Positions 10,141-18,243 of a stretch of DNA of 64,000 nt are shown here, piece by piece (position 1 is the stretch's first letter; each line of letters opens with the position of its first letter). Origin of the DNA: Candidatus Nomurabacteria bacterium (GTDB taxonomy: Bacteria; Patescibacteriota; Patescibacteriia; UBA1558; GWA2-36-10); contig JACKFO010000002.1 of the NCBI GenBank assembly GCA_020632415.1, forward strand, positions 711,918 to 775,917, written 5' to 3'. Under the pieces are notes generated by a model, which worked only from the letters and a program-made list of their open reading frames with translations, made no database searches and was not told the origin of the DNA. The translations under genes were made by a program, and so were the position numbers.

Positions 10141-10169
10141 GAAGCGAGTGTTTACTTGCTTCTTTTTTT
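10141..10169 (+). terminator. Rho-independent terminator after the cupin gene
   Basis: Stem gaagcgagt/acttgcttc (one G-U pair), loop gttt, then TTTTTTT. Confidence 0.55.
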
Positions 10170-10190
10170 GTTAAAGTTTAATATTTTAAT

Positions 10191-10703
10191 ATGCGTAAAA
10201 ATAAAATTAAAGTTGTTGTTAACGACAAAATGCAGAAAAAATATGTTTATTACTTAACTGAAGAGGAGGGTAAGAATTTTGATCCAGAATTTAAGCCAGA
10301 ATTAAGTCCACGAGAAATGTTGCGTCTAGGAGTATTTGGTGGAAAGTATCTATCAGATTGTCAAAAAGAATTTCCAGCTGCTTGGTTTAAAGATGTTCGT
10401 TTTTCAGAAAAATATCATCAAGCAGATTTAAATTTTTTTAAAGTCAATGCTTCTCAGTCTCTTTCGGTTTGGCAAAAAAATGGCTGGATTCATCCAGACG
10501 ATCCGCGCGGTTGGTTTCAGTGGTATTGTCGTTATTATCAAGGAAGGCGTCACCCTGATGATCAAAGACAAATCAAAAGATGGAAGGCCATCAGAAGGCA
10601 TATTGGGCAAGTTAAAAAAAATTGTTATTCTGGAGACCTAGCTTGTCGTCGAAAACAGCGGCAAGCAATTTTGCATTGGGCTTATGATTCAAGAAAGATT
10701 TAA
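10191..10703 (+). CDS. Conserved hypothetical protein (Trp/Arg-rich motif)
   Basis: ORF with the distinctive block GWIHPDDPRGWFQWYCRYYQGRRHPDDQRQIKRW. I could not assign a family. Confidence 0.4.
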   Translation: MRKNKIKVVVNDKMQKKYVYYLTEEEGKNFDPEFKPELSPREMLRLGVFGGKYLSDCQKEFPAAWFKDVRFSEKYHQADLNFFKVNASQSLSVWQKNGWIHPDDPRGWFQWYCRYYQGRRHPDDQRQIKRWKAIRRHIGQVKKNCYSGDLACRRKQRQAILHWAYDSRKI

Positions 10704-10730
10704 TTTTTTGTTTACGAAAAAAGCTATTTT

Positions 10731-10739
10731 TGTTATAAT
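10731..10739 (+). promoter_or_regulatory. Extended -10 (TGtTATAAT) six nt upstream of the galU ATG (leaderless)
   Basis: tgttataatatagttATG. Confidence 0.4.
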
Positions 10740-10745
10740 ATAGTT

Positions 10746-11606
10746 ATGAAAAAAATTCGTAAAGCAGTAATTGCTGTAGCTGGGTCTGGAACAAGGTTGT
10801 TGCCAGCTACCAAGTCTATGCCCAAAGAAATGTTGCCGGTTGTCGATAAGCCGATCATTCAATTAGTAGTCGAAGAGTTGGTTGCCGGAGGAATTGAAGA
10901 TATTATTTTGGTAACAAAATGGGACAAAAAGCCACTTGAAGATCATTTTGATCATTCTTGGGCCTTGGAGCACGATTTAGCAGAAAGCGGTAAAAAAGAA
11001 AAATTAGCCGAAATGAAAAGAATTTCAGAGATGGCTAATTTTATTTATGTCCGCCAGAAAGGACCATATGGTAATGGAACCCCAGTGTTATCAGCAGCTA
11101 GTTTAGTTCAAGACGAAGCATTTATGTATGTTTGGGGTGATGACTTGGTAAGATCAAAAGTTCCTTTTGCCAAGCAGATGATTGATGATTATCAAAAAAC
11201 AGGACATTTAATGATTGGTGTTCAGAAAGTTCCTCGTAACCAAGTTGATCGTTATGGAATTGTTAGTCTCAAAGATAAAAAAACAATGCAGTTAAATGGC
11301 ATTATTGAAAAACCAGAGATTAAATCTGCTCCTTCTCAGTTGGCAGATTTTGGACGAATGATTTTAAATCAAGAAATTGTCGATATTCTTAAAAAAACTA
11401 AACTTGGAAAAGGAAATGAACTTTGGATTGTTGACGCTATTCGTGATTACATCCAGGCCGGAGGAGAGTTTTATGCCAAGGAAGTAAAAGATGGCGAATG
11501 GCTCACCACCGGAGATCCTTGGAACTTGTTGAGAGCAAATTTAGAATACGCTCTTGAAAGAAAAGATTTAAAACAAGCTTTAAAAAAATATTTAAAAAAT
11601 ATTTAA
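10746..11606 (+). CDS. galU: UTP--glucose-1-phosphate uridylyltransferase
   Basis: Signature AVIAVAGSGTRLLPATKSMPKEMLPVVDKPIIQ. Confidence 0.85.
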   Translation: MKKIRKAVIAVAGSGTRLLPATKSMPKEMLPVVDKPIIQLVVEELVAGGIEDIILVTKWDKKPLEDHFDHSWALEHDLAESGKKEKLAEMKRISEMANFIYVRQKGPYGNGTPVLSAASLVQDEAFMYVWGDDLVRSKVPFAKQMIDDYQKTGHLMIGVQKVPRNQVDRYGIVSLKDKKTMQLNGIIEKPEIKSAPSQLADFGRMILNQEIVDILKKTKLGKGNELWIVDAIRDYIQAGGEFYAKEVKDGEWLTTGDPWNLLRANLEYALERKDLKQALKKYLKNI

Positions 11607-11608
11607 GT

Positions 11609-12973
11609 ATGAAAAGATTGCGTTTTTCTATTTTGATTATTTTGGCGATTTTTATAATCACCACTGGTTTTGGTTGTAAACAAAATATTATCAATCAAGC
11701 CCAGTTTGAACCGGTTGCTTTAGAATATTGGGGAGTTTGGGACACTCCGGAACAAATGCAAAAAATTATTGACGCTTATCAAGCTACTCACCCTACGATT
11801 AAAGTTAAATATCGCAATTTTCGTTATGATGAGTATGAACAAAAATTATTAGAAGCTGCTTGGGAAGATCGGGTACCGGATATTTTTATGATTCCGGCTA
11901 CTTGGCTCAAAAAATATCAAGACCGACTTTATCCAATGCCAGCGACAGTCAAGATTCCAGTCAAAGAAGTGCAAGGAACAATCAAACCAGAAGAGGTAAC
12001 AACCTTGAAGACTATCAATAGTTTAAGTAAGCAAGATGTCAAAGATCAATTTGTACAAGTTGTTTATGATGATGTGATTTTGGATGATCAGATTTACGGC
12101 CTGCCTTACTCAGTAGACACTTTAGTTACTTTTTATAATTTAGATTTATTAACTCAGAGTGGAATTCCTGAACCAATGGTAGATTTTCATGATTTAGTAG
12201 AGCATGTTCAGCAATATAAGTTATCAAAAATAGGGGCAGCTAATCAAGTTTTACAAGCAGGAGTTGCTTTGGGGACTGCTGATAATATTCCCCGTTTTTT
12301 CGATATTTTATCAAGCATCATGCTTCAAAATCAAGTCGAAGTTAAAGGAAAAAATTTCAGTCCACTACAAAGCAAAAGTTCAGCTACTAATTTAGCAGAA
12401 GTGTTTAATTTTTATACTGACTTTGCTGATCCGACCAAAGCAATTTATTCATGGAACGATGATCTGCCGAATGCCTTTGAAATGTTTACGCAAGGAAAGT
12501 TGGCTTATTTTTTTGGCTATAGTTATCATGCTGATGAATTACGCAAAAGAGGCGTTCAGTTTGATTGGGAGATTACTAATTTTCCAAAGACCAGAGGCTC
12601 AGAAGGAAGCGTCTATTATTCTAACTACTGGGTAAATGTAGTTCCGCAAAAATCAAAAAATAAGGATGCTGCTTGGAATTTTATTCAGAGCACAGTCAAT
12701 AAAAATATCGTGACAAATTATCTTAGTCCAAATAAAAAACCAACGGCCTTAAGATCTTTGATCAATGGCCAATTACAAGATGAAGATATTCGAATTTTCG
12801 CCTCACAAGTATTGACGGCTGATAATTGGTACGATGGTTATGATATTGATTTAGCTGAAAAATATACTGCGGATTTTATTAATTCTGTTTTAGCTGGAGA
12901 AATAGAAATAGACAATGAGGGTCTGGCATTTTTTGTCAGTCGAATCAATCAAACTTATAAAAAACAAGAATAA
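11609..12973 (+). CDS. ABC transporter extracellular solute-binding lipoprotein (family 1, sugar-type)
   Basis: Lipobox TTGFGC after the signal peptide; SBP-like length and composition. Confidence 0.55.
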   Translation: MKRLRFSILIILAIFIITTGFGCKQNIINQAQFEPVALEYWGVWDTPEQMQKIIDAYQATHPTIKVKYRNFRYDEYEQKLLEAAWEDRVPDIFMIPATWLKKYQDRLYPMPATVKIPVKEVQGTIKPEEVTTLKTINSLSKQDVKDQFVQVVYDDVILDDQIYGLPYSVDTLVTFYNLDLLTQSGIPEPMVDFHDLVEHVQQYKLSKIGAANQVLQAGVALGTADNIPRFFDILSSIMLQNQVEVKGKNFSPLQSKSSATNLAEVFNFYTDFADPTKAIYSWNDDLPNAFEMFTQGKLAYFFGYSYHADELRKRGVQFDWEITNFPKTRGSEGSVYYSNYWVNVVPQKSKNKDAAWNFIQSTVNKNIVTNYLSPNKKPTALRSLINGQLQDEDIRIFASQVLTADNWYDGYDIDLAEKYTADFINSVLAGEIEIDNEGLAFFVSRINQTYKKQE

Positions 12974-12981
12974 AGATAAGT

Positions 12982-13902
12982 ATGAAAAAATTTATTAGTT
13001 TGGCTTTTAGCTTTTCTTTACTGTTTGTGCCCTTTATTTCACATGCTGGCTTTTTAGATGACTTGAGCTGCATTCCTTCTGGTAACTGCGGCTTACTTGA
13101 TGTGGAGTTTGGCTTTGTTTTGCTGACTAAGTTTTTAATCGGCAGCGTTGGCGCTTTGGCCTTACTTTATTTTATTTGGGGCGGCATTCAGTGGCTAACC
13201 TCTTATGGAAACTTGGAAAAAGTCAGACACGGTAGAGAAATAATGTTGCAAACCATCGTAGCTATAGTGATTGCTTTTTTGAGTTTTATTTTGGTTGAAT
13301 TTTTTATCAACGATGTTTTGCAAGCCAGGCAGCCGGTAATTTCTACTGGTTGTGCTGGAAAAACAATGGGAGCTAGTTGCGGAGAAGACAAGCTTCATGT
13401 TTGTACTGGTCAAAAATTTACCGGAGAAGACTCAATTCATAATGAGCGTTGTGTGACAAAATGTGAGCTCAAAAATTTACAAGACAAGGCTAATGTTTGG
13501 ACTTGTTTAGCGCCAGAGATTGCCAGTCAGGCAGGAGTAGAAAAAGAATTGAATTTATGTCCAGGGACAGAAATTTGTGTCAATGCCAATACTATTCCTT
13601 TACGAAATATACCGGTTACCGAATTTAACGATCAAAATCGTTGTTGTGTTGGAGCACCGACTAACAGCGGTTCCGCTTGTCGATCAATTGGGATATTAGA
13701 CACTTGCTTGCCAGGAACAATTTTAAGTGAAAATACTTGTAGTTCTTTGGCGATGTGCGATAGTAATTGGCACACAGATCCAGGTTGCTGTATTGAGGTT
13801 GATCCTGATTCTTCTTTTACTTGTCAGCAACAAACCCCAGGGACTATTTGTGAGTTTAATTTTTCTGCTAATTTATTATGCAGTAGTGTTCCGGGGTGTT
13901 AA
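12982..13902 (+). CDS. VirB2/TrbC-like pilin-family protein fused to a large cysteine-rich C-terminal domain
   Basis: Signal peptide, then the pilin core LLYFIWGGIQWLTSYGNLEKVRHGREIMLQTIVAIVIAFLSFILVEF shared with the four downstream paralogs. This is followed by about 190 aa containing about 26 Cys. Confidence 0.6.
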   Translation: MKKFISLAFSFSLLFVPFISHAGFLDDLSCIPSGNCGLLDVEFGFVLLTKFLIGSVGALALLYFIWGGIQWLTSYGNLEKVRHGREIMLQTIVAIVIAFLSFILVEFFINDVLQARQPVISTGCAGKTMGASCGEDKLHVCTGQKFTGEDSIHNERCVTKCELKNLQDKANVWTCLAPEIASQAGVEKELNLCPGTEICVNANTIPLRNIPVTEFNDQNRCCVGAPTNSGSACRSIGILDTCLPGTILSENTCSSLAMCDSNWHTDPGCCIEVDPDSSFTCQQQTPGTICEFNFSANLLCSSVPGC

Positions 13903-13923
13903 TTAAATAGTTTTTTAAAGCTT

Positions 13924-14262
13924 ATGAAAAAAATAATTTTAGTATTTAGTATCTTATTGTTAGCGCCAATTCATTTCGCTTCAGCTGTCCAACTTTACAA
14001 TCCTTTGGGAAATGGTGTTAATAATTTTCCAGCTTTAGTTAACAATGTGATCAAAGGCGTCTTAGGGTTAACTGGCGCAGTTGCTTTGGTAATGATCGTC
14101 ATCGGTGGTGTGACCTGGATGACTTCTGCTGGTAATGCAGATCGAGTTAGACGTGGTAAAGATACTTTACTTTGGGCGATTTTAGGCTTGATTATCATTT
14201 TTATTAGTTACGCAGTAATTGATTTTGTTTTCAAGGCTTTGTTAAATGGTCAAGCTGCTTAA
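13924..14262 (+). CDS. VirB2/TrbC-like (T4SS-type) pilin family protein
   Basis: Signal peptide and two hydrophobic helices. The core VIGGVTWMTSAGNADRVRRGKDTLLWAILGLIIIFISYAV resembles the VirB2 ...IGISWMFGRAS... topology. Confidence 0.55.
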   Translation: MKKIILVFSILLLAPIHFASAVQLYNPLGNGVNNFPALVNNVIKGVLGLTGAVALVMIVIGGVTWMTSAGNADRVRRGKDTLLWAILGLIIIFISYAVIDFVFKALLNGQAA

Positions 14263-14342
14263 AGTTGATTGAAAAAAAACGTTCTTTGGTTTATAATGTA
14301 GCTATAATTATTAAAATATTTTAAATGAAAGGGGGTGGAAAA

Positions 14343-14690
14343 ATGAAAAAAATTTTGACAGCTTTATTACTAGTCGCTCCAATGATGGTTTCTGCTCAAG
14401 ATAATTTTGGTATTGATGATTTGACCAACACCGGTTTAGGTACTCGTGGTTTAAAATCAACAATTGCTCAATTACTTAACGTAGTTTTAAGTTTCTTAGG
14501 CATTATCGCCGTTTTAATCATCTTGTTAGGTGGTTTTAAATGGATGACTTCACAAGGCTCATCTGATAAAGTAGACGAAGCTAAAAAACTTATCGGCGCT
14601 GGCGTCGTTGGTTTAATCATCATCTTAGCTGCTTACGCTATTGTGCGTTTTGTCTTAACTGAGGTTTACTCTGCGACAACCGAGGCATAG
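14343..14690 (+). CDS. VirB2/TrbC-like pilin family protein (duplicate A)
   Basis: SD aaggggg lies 8 nt upstream of the ATG at 14343. The ORF-track start at 14325 merely translates the SD. Core LLGGFKWMTSQGSSDKVDEAKKLI. Confidence 0.55.
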   Translation: MKKILTALLLVAPMMVSAQDNFGIDDLTNTGLGTRGLKSTIAQLLNVVLSFLGIIAVLIILLGGFKWMTSQGSSDKVDEAKKLIGAGVVGLIIILAAYAIVRFVLTEVYSATTEA

Positions 14691-14797
14691 AGGCAGGGTA
14701 AGATGGGCTATTATAGTCTAGACTATAGTAGGCCAAAACTTGGCCTACTAAAGCGTAGATTATAAAAAATTGTTTTATAATGAAAGGGGGTGGAAAA

Positions 14798-15139
14798 ATG
14801 AAAAAAATTTTGACAGCTTTATTGCTAGTTGCTCCAATGGCCGCTTCTGCTCAAGCCAACTTTGGTATTAATGATTTAAATGGTACTGGTTTAGGTACCG
14901 CTGGTTTGAAGACAACAATCGGATCATTGCTTAATGTTGCTTTAAGTTTCTTAGGCATTATCGCCGTTTTAATCATCTTGTTAGGTGGTTTTAAATGGAT
15001 GACTTCACAAGGCTCATCTGATAAAGTAGACGAAGCTAAAAAACTTATCGGCGCTGGCGTCGTTGGTTTAATCATCATCTTAGCCGCTTACGCTATTGTT
15101 CGTTTCGTCTTAACCGAAGTTTATAACGCTACAACGTAG
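14798..15139 (+). CDS. VirB2/TrbC-like pilin family protein (duplicate B)
   Basis: The C-terminal half is near-identical to duplicate A at nucleotide level, while the N-terminal mature region has diverged. Same SD context. Confidence 0.55.
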   Translation: MKKILTALLLVAPMAASAQANFGINDLNGTGLGTAGLKTTIGSLLNVALSFLGIIAVLIILLGGFKWMTSQGSSDKVDEAKKLIGAGVVGLIIILAAYAIVRFVLTEVYNATT

Positions 15140-15226
15140 TTCGTAAACACAGCGTAACATAGGCTATTATAGTCTAGACTATAGTAGGCCAAGTTTTGGC
15201 CTACTAAAGCGTAGATTATAAATTTT

Positions 15227-15601
15227 ATGTATAAATTACTTTTTGCTTTTTTATTGTTAATGCCATTTCATTTTGCTTCAGCTTTGACCGCTGAAGAAGG
15301 CTTACGTAGCGCTGCTGAAGGTACTGGTTTGAGCATTGAAAAAAAGATTCCAGATTATATTGGAATGTTAATTCGCGGTGCTCTTGGTTTACTGGCTGCT
15401 ATTTTTTTGGTTTTGATTGTTTTGGCCGGATTTAAGTGGATGACCTCTGCTGGTAATTCTCAGAAGATAGAGAGCGCTAAAGAAACAATTCTTAACTCGG
15501 TTATTGGTTTGGTGATCGTTTTGGTTTCCTATGCGATTGTTGAGTTTGTTTTAAGAGCAATGAAAGGGGCAACTAATGCAGGTGGAGTAATTACGCAATA
15601 A
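15227..15601 (+). CDS. VirB2/TrbC-like pilin family protein
   Basis: Core VLAGFKWMTSAGNSQKIESAKETILNSVIGLVIVLVSYAIVEFV. Confidence 0.55.
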   Translation: MYKLLFAFLLLMPFHFASALTAEEGLRSAAEGTGLSIEKKIPDYIGMLIRGALGLLAAIFLVLIVLAGFKWMTSAGNSQKIESAKETILNSVIGLVIVLVSYAIVEFVLRAMKGATNAGGVITQ

Positions 15602-15616
15602 TTTTTTAAAAAATAG

Positions 15617-15653
15617 AGCCCTCTCGCAAGCTGATGCTGCGAGAGGGCTTTTG
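15617..15653. terminator. Bidirectional rho-independent terminator between convergent genes
   Basis: 12-bp stem agccctctcgca/tgcgagagggct flanked by T/A runs on both strands. Confidence 0.65.
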
Positions 15654-15668
15654 GTTCCAGAAGGATTA

Positions 15669-16280
15669 TCAGCGGAGCTCGACGTACCAGTCGACTGGCT
15701 TACCATTGAATTCCACCTTGTGACGATCGTCACGAATCGTCACCTTGGTGTAGTGGTTTTCTCCACGCGAAGTTTTCCAGTGAATGGTCATGGGGCCTGG
15801 GCTCAGGTAAAGCGCCTGACTAGCTTGACCGACTTCCAAGTGACCAACATTGCTGTAGCCACGGTAGGATACGATGTCAATTGGCTCTCGATAAGTATTG
15901 ATGAAGTAGCCTTCCAGTCGAGGCATGTTGTTTAGCAGGAAATCGTCTAGCTTAATTTCCTGAATTCCAGACCAGCGTCCGGTTCGCTGAATTGTGATCG
16001 CTTGTTCGTCTGAATATTGATCGATTTCGAGCCAGTACTTGACTCTCAGTCGAAGCTGGTCTTGGCGCGGCGTTTGAAAGCTGTGGCTTTGACCGGGCAG
16101 TAATTCAACGTAGGAGTTTCCCGAAGCTTCGGCCACGCTGAACATTACTCGCTCTCTGTCAGCTACGACTTTCCACTGACAAAACTCTTCGTTGTAATTC
16201 ATGCCACCATGGTAAGTGGCGCAGCCGGTCAGGAAGGCGACAAAGAGGATTGTCAGCCAGAGCAGTTTGTTGATCTTCAT
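15669..16280 (-). CDS. Hypothetical lipoprotein in a GC-rich island
   Basis: Signal peptide MKINKLLWLTILFVAFLTGC with lipobox. SD aggaaaag precedes the ATG at 16280. Local GC is about 50% against about 30% in the flanks. Confidence 0.55.
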   Translation of the reverse strand: MKINKLLWLTILFVAFLTGCATYHGGMNYNEEFCQWKVVADRERVMFSVAEASGNSYVELLPGQSHSFQTPRQDQLRLRVKYWLEIDQYSDEQAITIQRTGRWSGIQEIKLDDFLLNNMPRLEGYFINTYREPIDIVSYRGYSNVGHLEVGQASQALYLSPGPMTIHWKTSRGENHYTKVTIRDDRHKVEFNGKPVDWYVELR

Positions 16281-16392
16281 GGTCTTTTCCTTCTGCTTGT
16301 TTGATTGTCCAAGGTTCAAATCATTATATTATACTCTATTTTATCTATTTTGTCAATACACTTCGTCTTTTTGCATATGCTATAATTTAGCT

Positions 16393-18243
16393 ATGATTTT
16401 TTGGTCTAAAATGGGCTTATTTTTGGAAAAACACAGCAAGAAGCTATTAGTTCTGGCTATTGTCTTTTTTGCTCTATTTCTCGCCTTTTTGAGCCTCAGA
16501 AAGCTTGATTACTTTGCTTACAATGCCTTTGATTTGAGTATTTTTAATCAAGTTTTTTATAACACTCTGCATGGTCGTTGGTTTGAGATGACGATCAATC
16601 TTAATAGCTATTTAGCCGATCATTTTACACCAATCATTATTTTGTTTTTACCTTTTTATGCGCTGTGGCCCAAGGCCGAAGGATTGTTAATTTTGCAGTC
16701 TTTTATTTTAGCCTTTTCGGCTTGGCCGATTTACTTGATTAGCCGGCATGTTTTGGCTAACAAAAAAATTTCTTTTTTCATTGCCCTAGCTTGGCTATTC
16801 AATCCTTTTGTTCATAGCGCTCATTTTTATGAATTTCATCTATTGCCAATCGCAGTTTTATTTATTTTTTGGGCTTTTTATTTTTATCAAAAAGAAAAAT
16901 TTAAATATTTTATTTTATTTTTCATTTTAAGTTTATTAGTTAGAGAAGATGTTGCTTTGATTTTGTTAGGCTTCCCTTTTTTGGCTATTTTGGAACAGAG
17001 AAAAAAATTTTGGGTTATTCCAAGTTTGGTTTTGGCGCTATGTTATTTCTTTTTAAGTTTAAAAATTATTGGTCATTTTGATCCCAGCGGTTCTTATAAA
17101 TTTTTTATTTATTATTCTTGGCTAGGCGGACATAGTTTGGGCGAAATTATTTTTTCTTTTTTAATCCATCCTTTAAAAGTTTTACAACATATTTTTAGTT
17201 TGCAAAATATGTTTAATTTGGCAATAATTTTTTGGCCATTTTTATTTTTTCCATTTTTAAAACCAAAGTATTTTATCTTTTTTCTTTTACCATTGTTACA
17301 AATCATTATGACTGGTGGAGGATTTTCTTCAATGGTTTATCAGAGTCATTATATTTTATTTTTTTTACCTGGCTTATTTTTTGCTTTTATTTTTTCTTTT
17401 CAAAAAATCATTAAATTTAAGAATAAAAGTTTTATTTATTTACTCTTGTTTGTGACTGTAATTTATTTAGATTTATTTTTATCACCAGTTAAACAAGTTT
17501 TTCTTTATCCAAAACAGGAGAGCTTTATTACAGCAAAACAAGAAATGATCAAAACACTTGGCAGCGACAAAACATTGGCAGTGAGCGCTTCTTTTTTGCC
17601 GGCCTTAAGCACTAGAGAAAAAATTTACGCAGTTAATTATAGCTATTTTGCCAAAAGTCAGTTTGCTAAAAAAGATTTTATTTTACCAGATGTAGATTAT
17701 ATTTTGCTTGATTATAGCGACTTTATTGCTGATTTGCTAGAAAAGGAAACTAACAATCTTTTAGCTAGTCAAAGACCAAAGATGAATGATCGCTGGAAAG
17801 CCTTACTAGATAATTATCATTTAGAAAAAATAGATCATGATTTATTTTTATTCAGTAAAAAAACAGCAGAGGATCAAGAAAAATATCGGTTATTAGATTT
17901 CATTGAGCGTCCTGACAATCTACCAAATAAACTGATCTTAAATCAAGAATATATAGTAGATAAAGATGTTTTGAGCTTGGAGTTTAATCCTGATTTTTTT
18001 GCCGAAAATTATTTGATTCGTTTTTATGCTCAAGATTTTTTTTATGATTTACCGCTTGACTATGCTCTGATTTCCAAGGCTTTTCTAGACAAGCAGAAAG
18101 TGATTAAATTAAATTATTATCTCAGCTCAGAAATAAAAGCTTATCAGGTATTTTCTTGGAGCGGAGAAAACAAATTAGGATTGATTGGCGAGGTTGTTCC
18201 AGATTTGCAAATAAAAACTCTAAACGAAAAAATAAGCCTATGA
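16393..18243 (+). CDS. DUF2079-like polytopic membrane protein (putative envelope glycan-modifying enzyme)
   Basis: N-terminal motif AYNAFDLSIFNQVFYNT and many TM helices. TATAAT at 16381-16386 lies 6 nt before the ATG. The longer ORF from 16216 overlaps the convergent lipoprotein and was rejected. Confidence 0.5.
   Translation: MIFWSKMGLFLEKHSKKLLVLAIVFFALFLAFLSLRKLDYFAYNAFDLSIFNQVFYNTLHGRWFEMTINLNSYLADHFTPIIILFLPFYALWPKAEGLLILQSFILAFSAWPIYLISRHVLANKKISFFIALAWLFNPFVHSAHFYEFHLLPIAVLFIFWAFYFYQKEKFKYFILFFILSLLVREDVALILLGFPFLAILEQRKKFWVIPSLVLALCYFFLSLKIIGHFDPSGSYKFFIYYSWLGGHSLGEIIFSFLIHPLKVLQHIFSLQNMFNLAIIFWPFLFFPFLKPKYFIFFLLPLLQIIMTGGGFSSMVYQSHYILFFLPGLFFAFIFSFQKIIKFKNKSFIYLLLFVTVIYLDLFLSPVKQVFLYPKQESFITAKQEMIKTLGSDKTLAVSASFLPALSTREKIYAVNYSYFAKSQFAKKDFILPDVDYILLDYSDFIADLLEKETNNLLASQRPKMNDRWKALLDNYHLEKIDHDLFLFSKKTAEDQEKYRLLDFIERPDNLPNKLILNQEYIVDKDVLSLEFNPDFFAENYLIRFYAQDFFYDLPLDYALISKAFLDKQKVIKLNYYLSSEIKAYQVFSWSGENKLGLIGEVVPDLQIKTLNEKISL

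Noticed and set aside
14325-14342. N-terminal MKGGGK extension of the duplicated pilin ORFs (and 14780-14797)
   Set aside because: The extra codons are simply the translation of the Shine-Dalgarno sequence gaaagggggtgg. The real start is the downstream ATG (MKKILTALL), which has the correct SD spacing.
15651-15935. 94-aa plus-strand ORF
   Set aside because: It is antisense within the GC-rich lipoprotein gene. GC-rich DNA generates long stop-free antisense frames, and this one has no SD.
16216-16392. Upstream extension of the DUF2079-like ORF
   Set aside because: It would overlap the convergent lipoprotein gene by 65 bp. A TATAAT at 16381-16386 followed by the ATG at 16393 gives a coherent start.
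18156-18239. Upstream extension of the LtaS-like ORF
   Set aside because: It overlaps the preceding gene in another frame. The ATG at 18240 forms a classic ATGA stop/start overlap.
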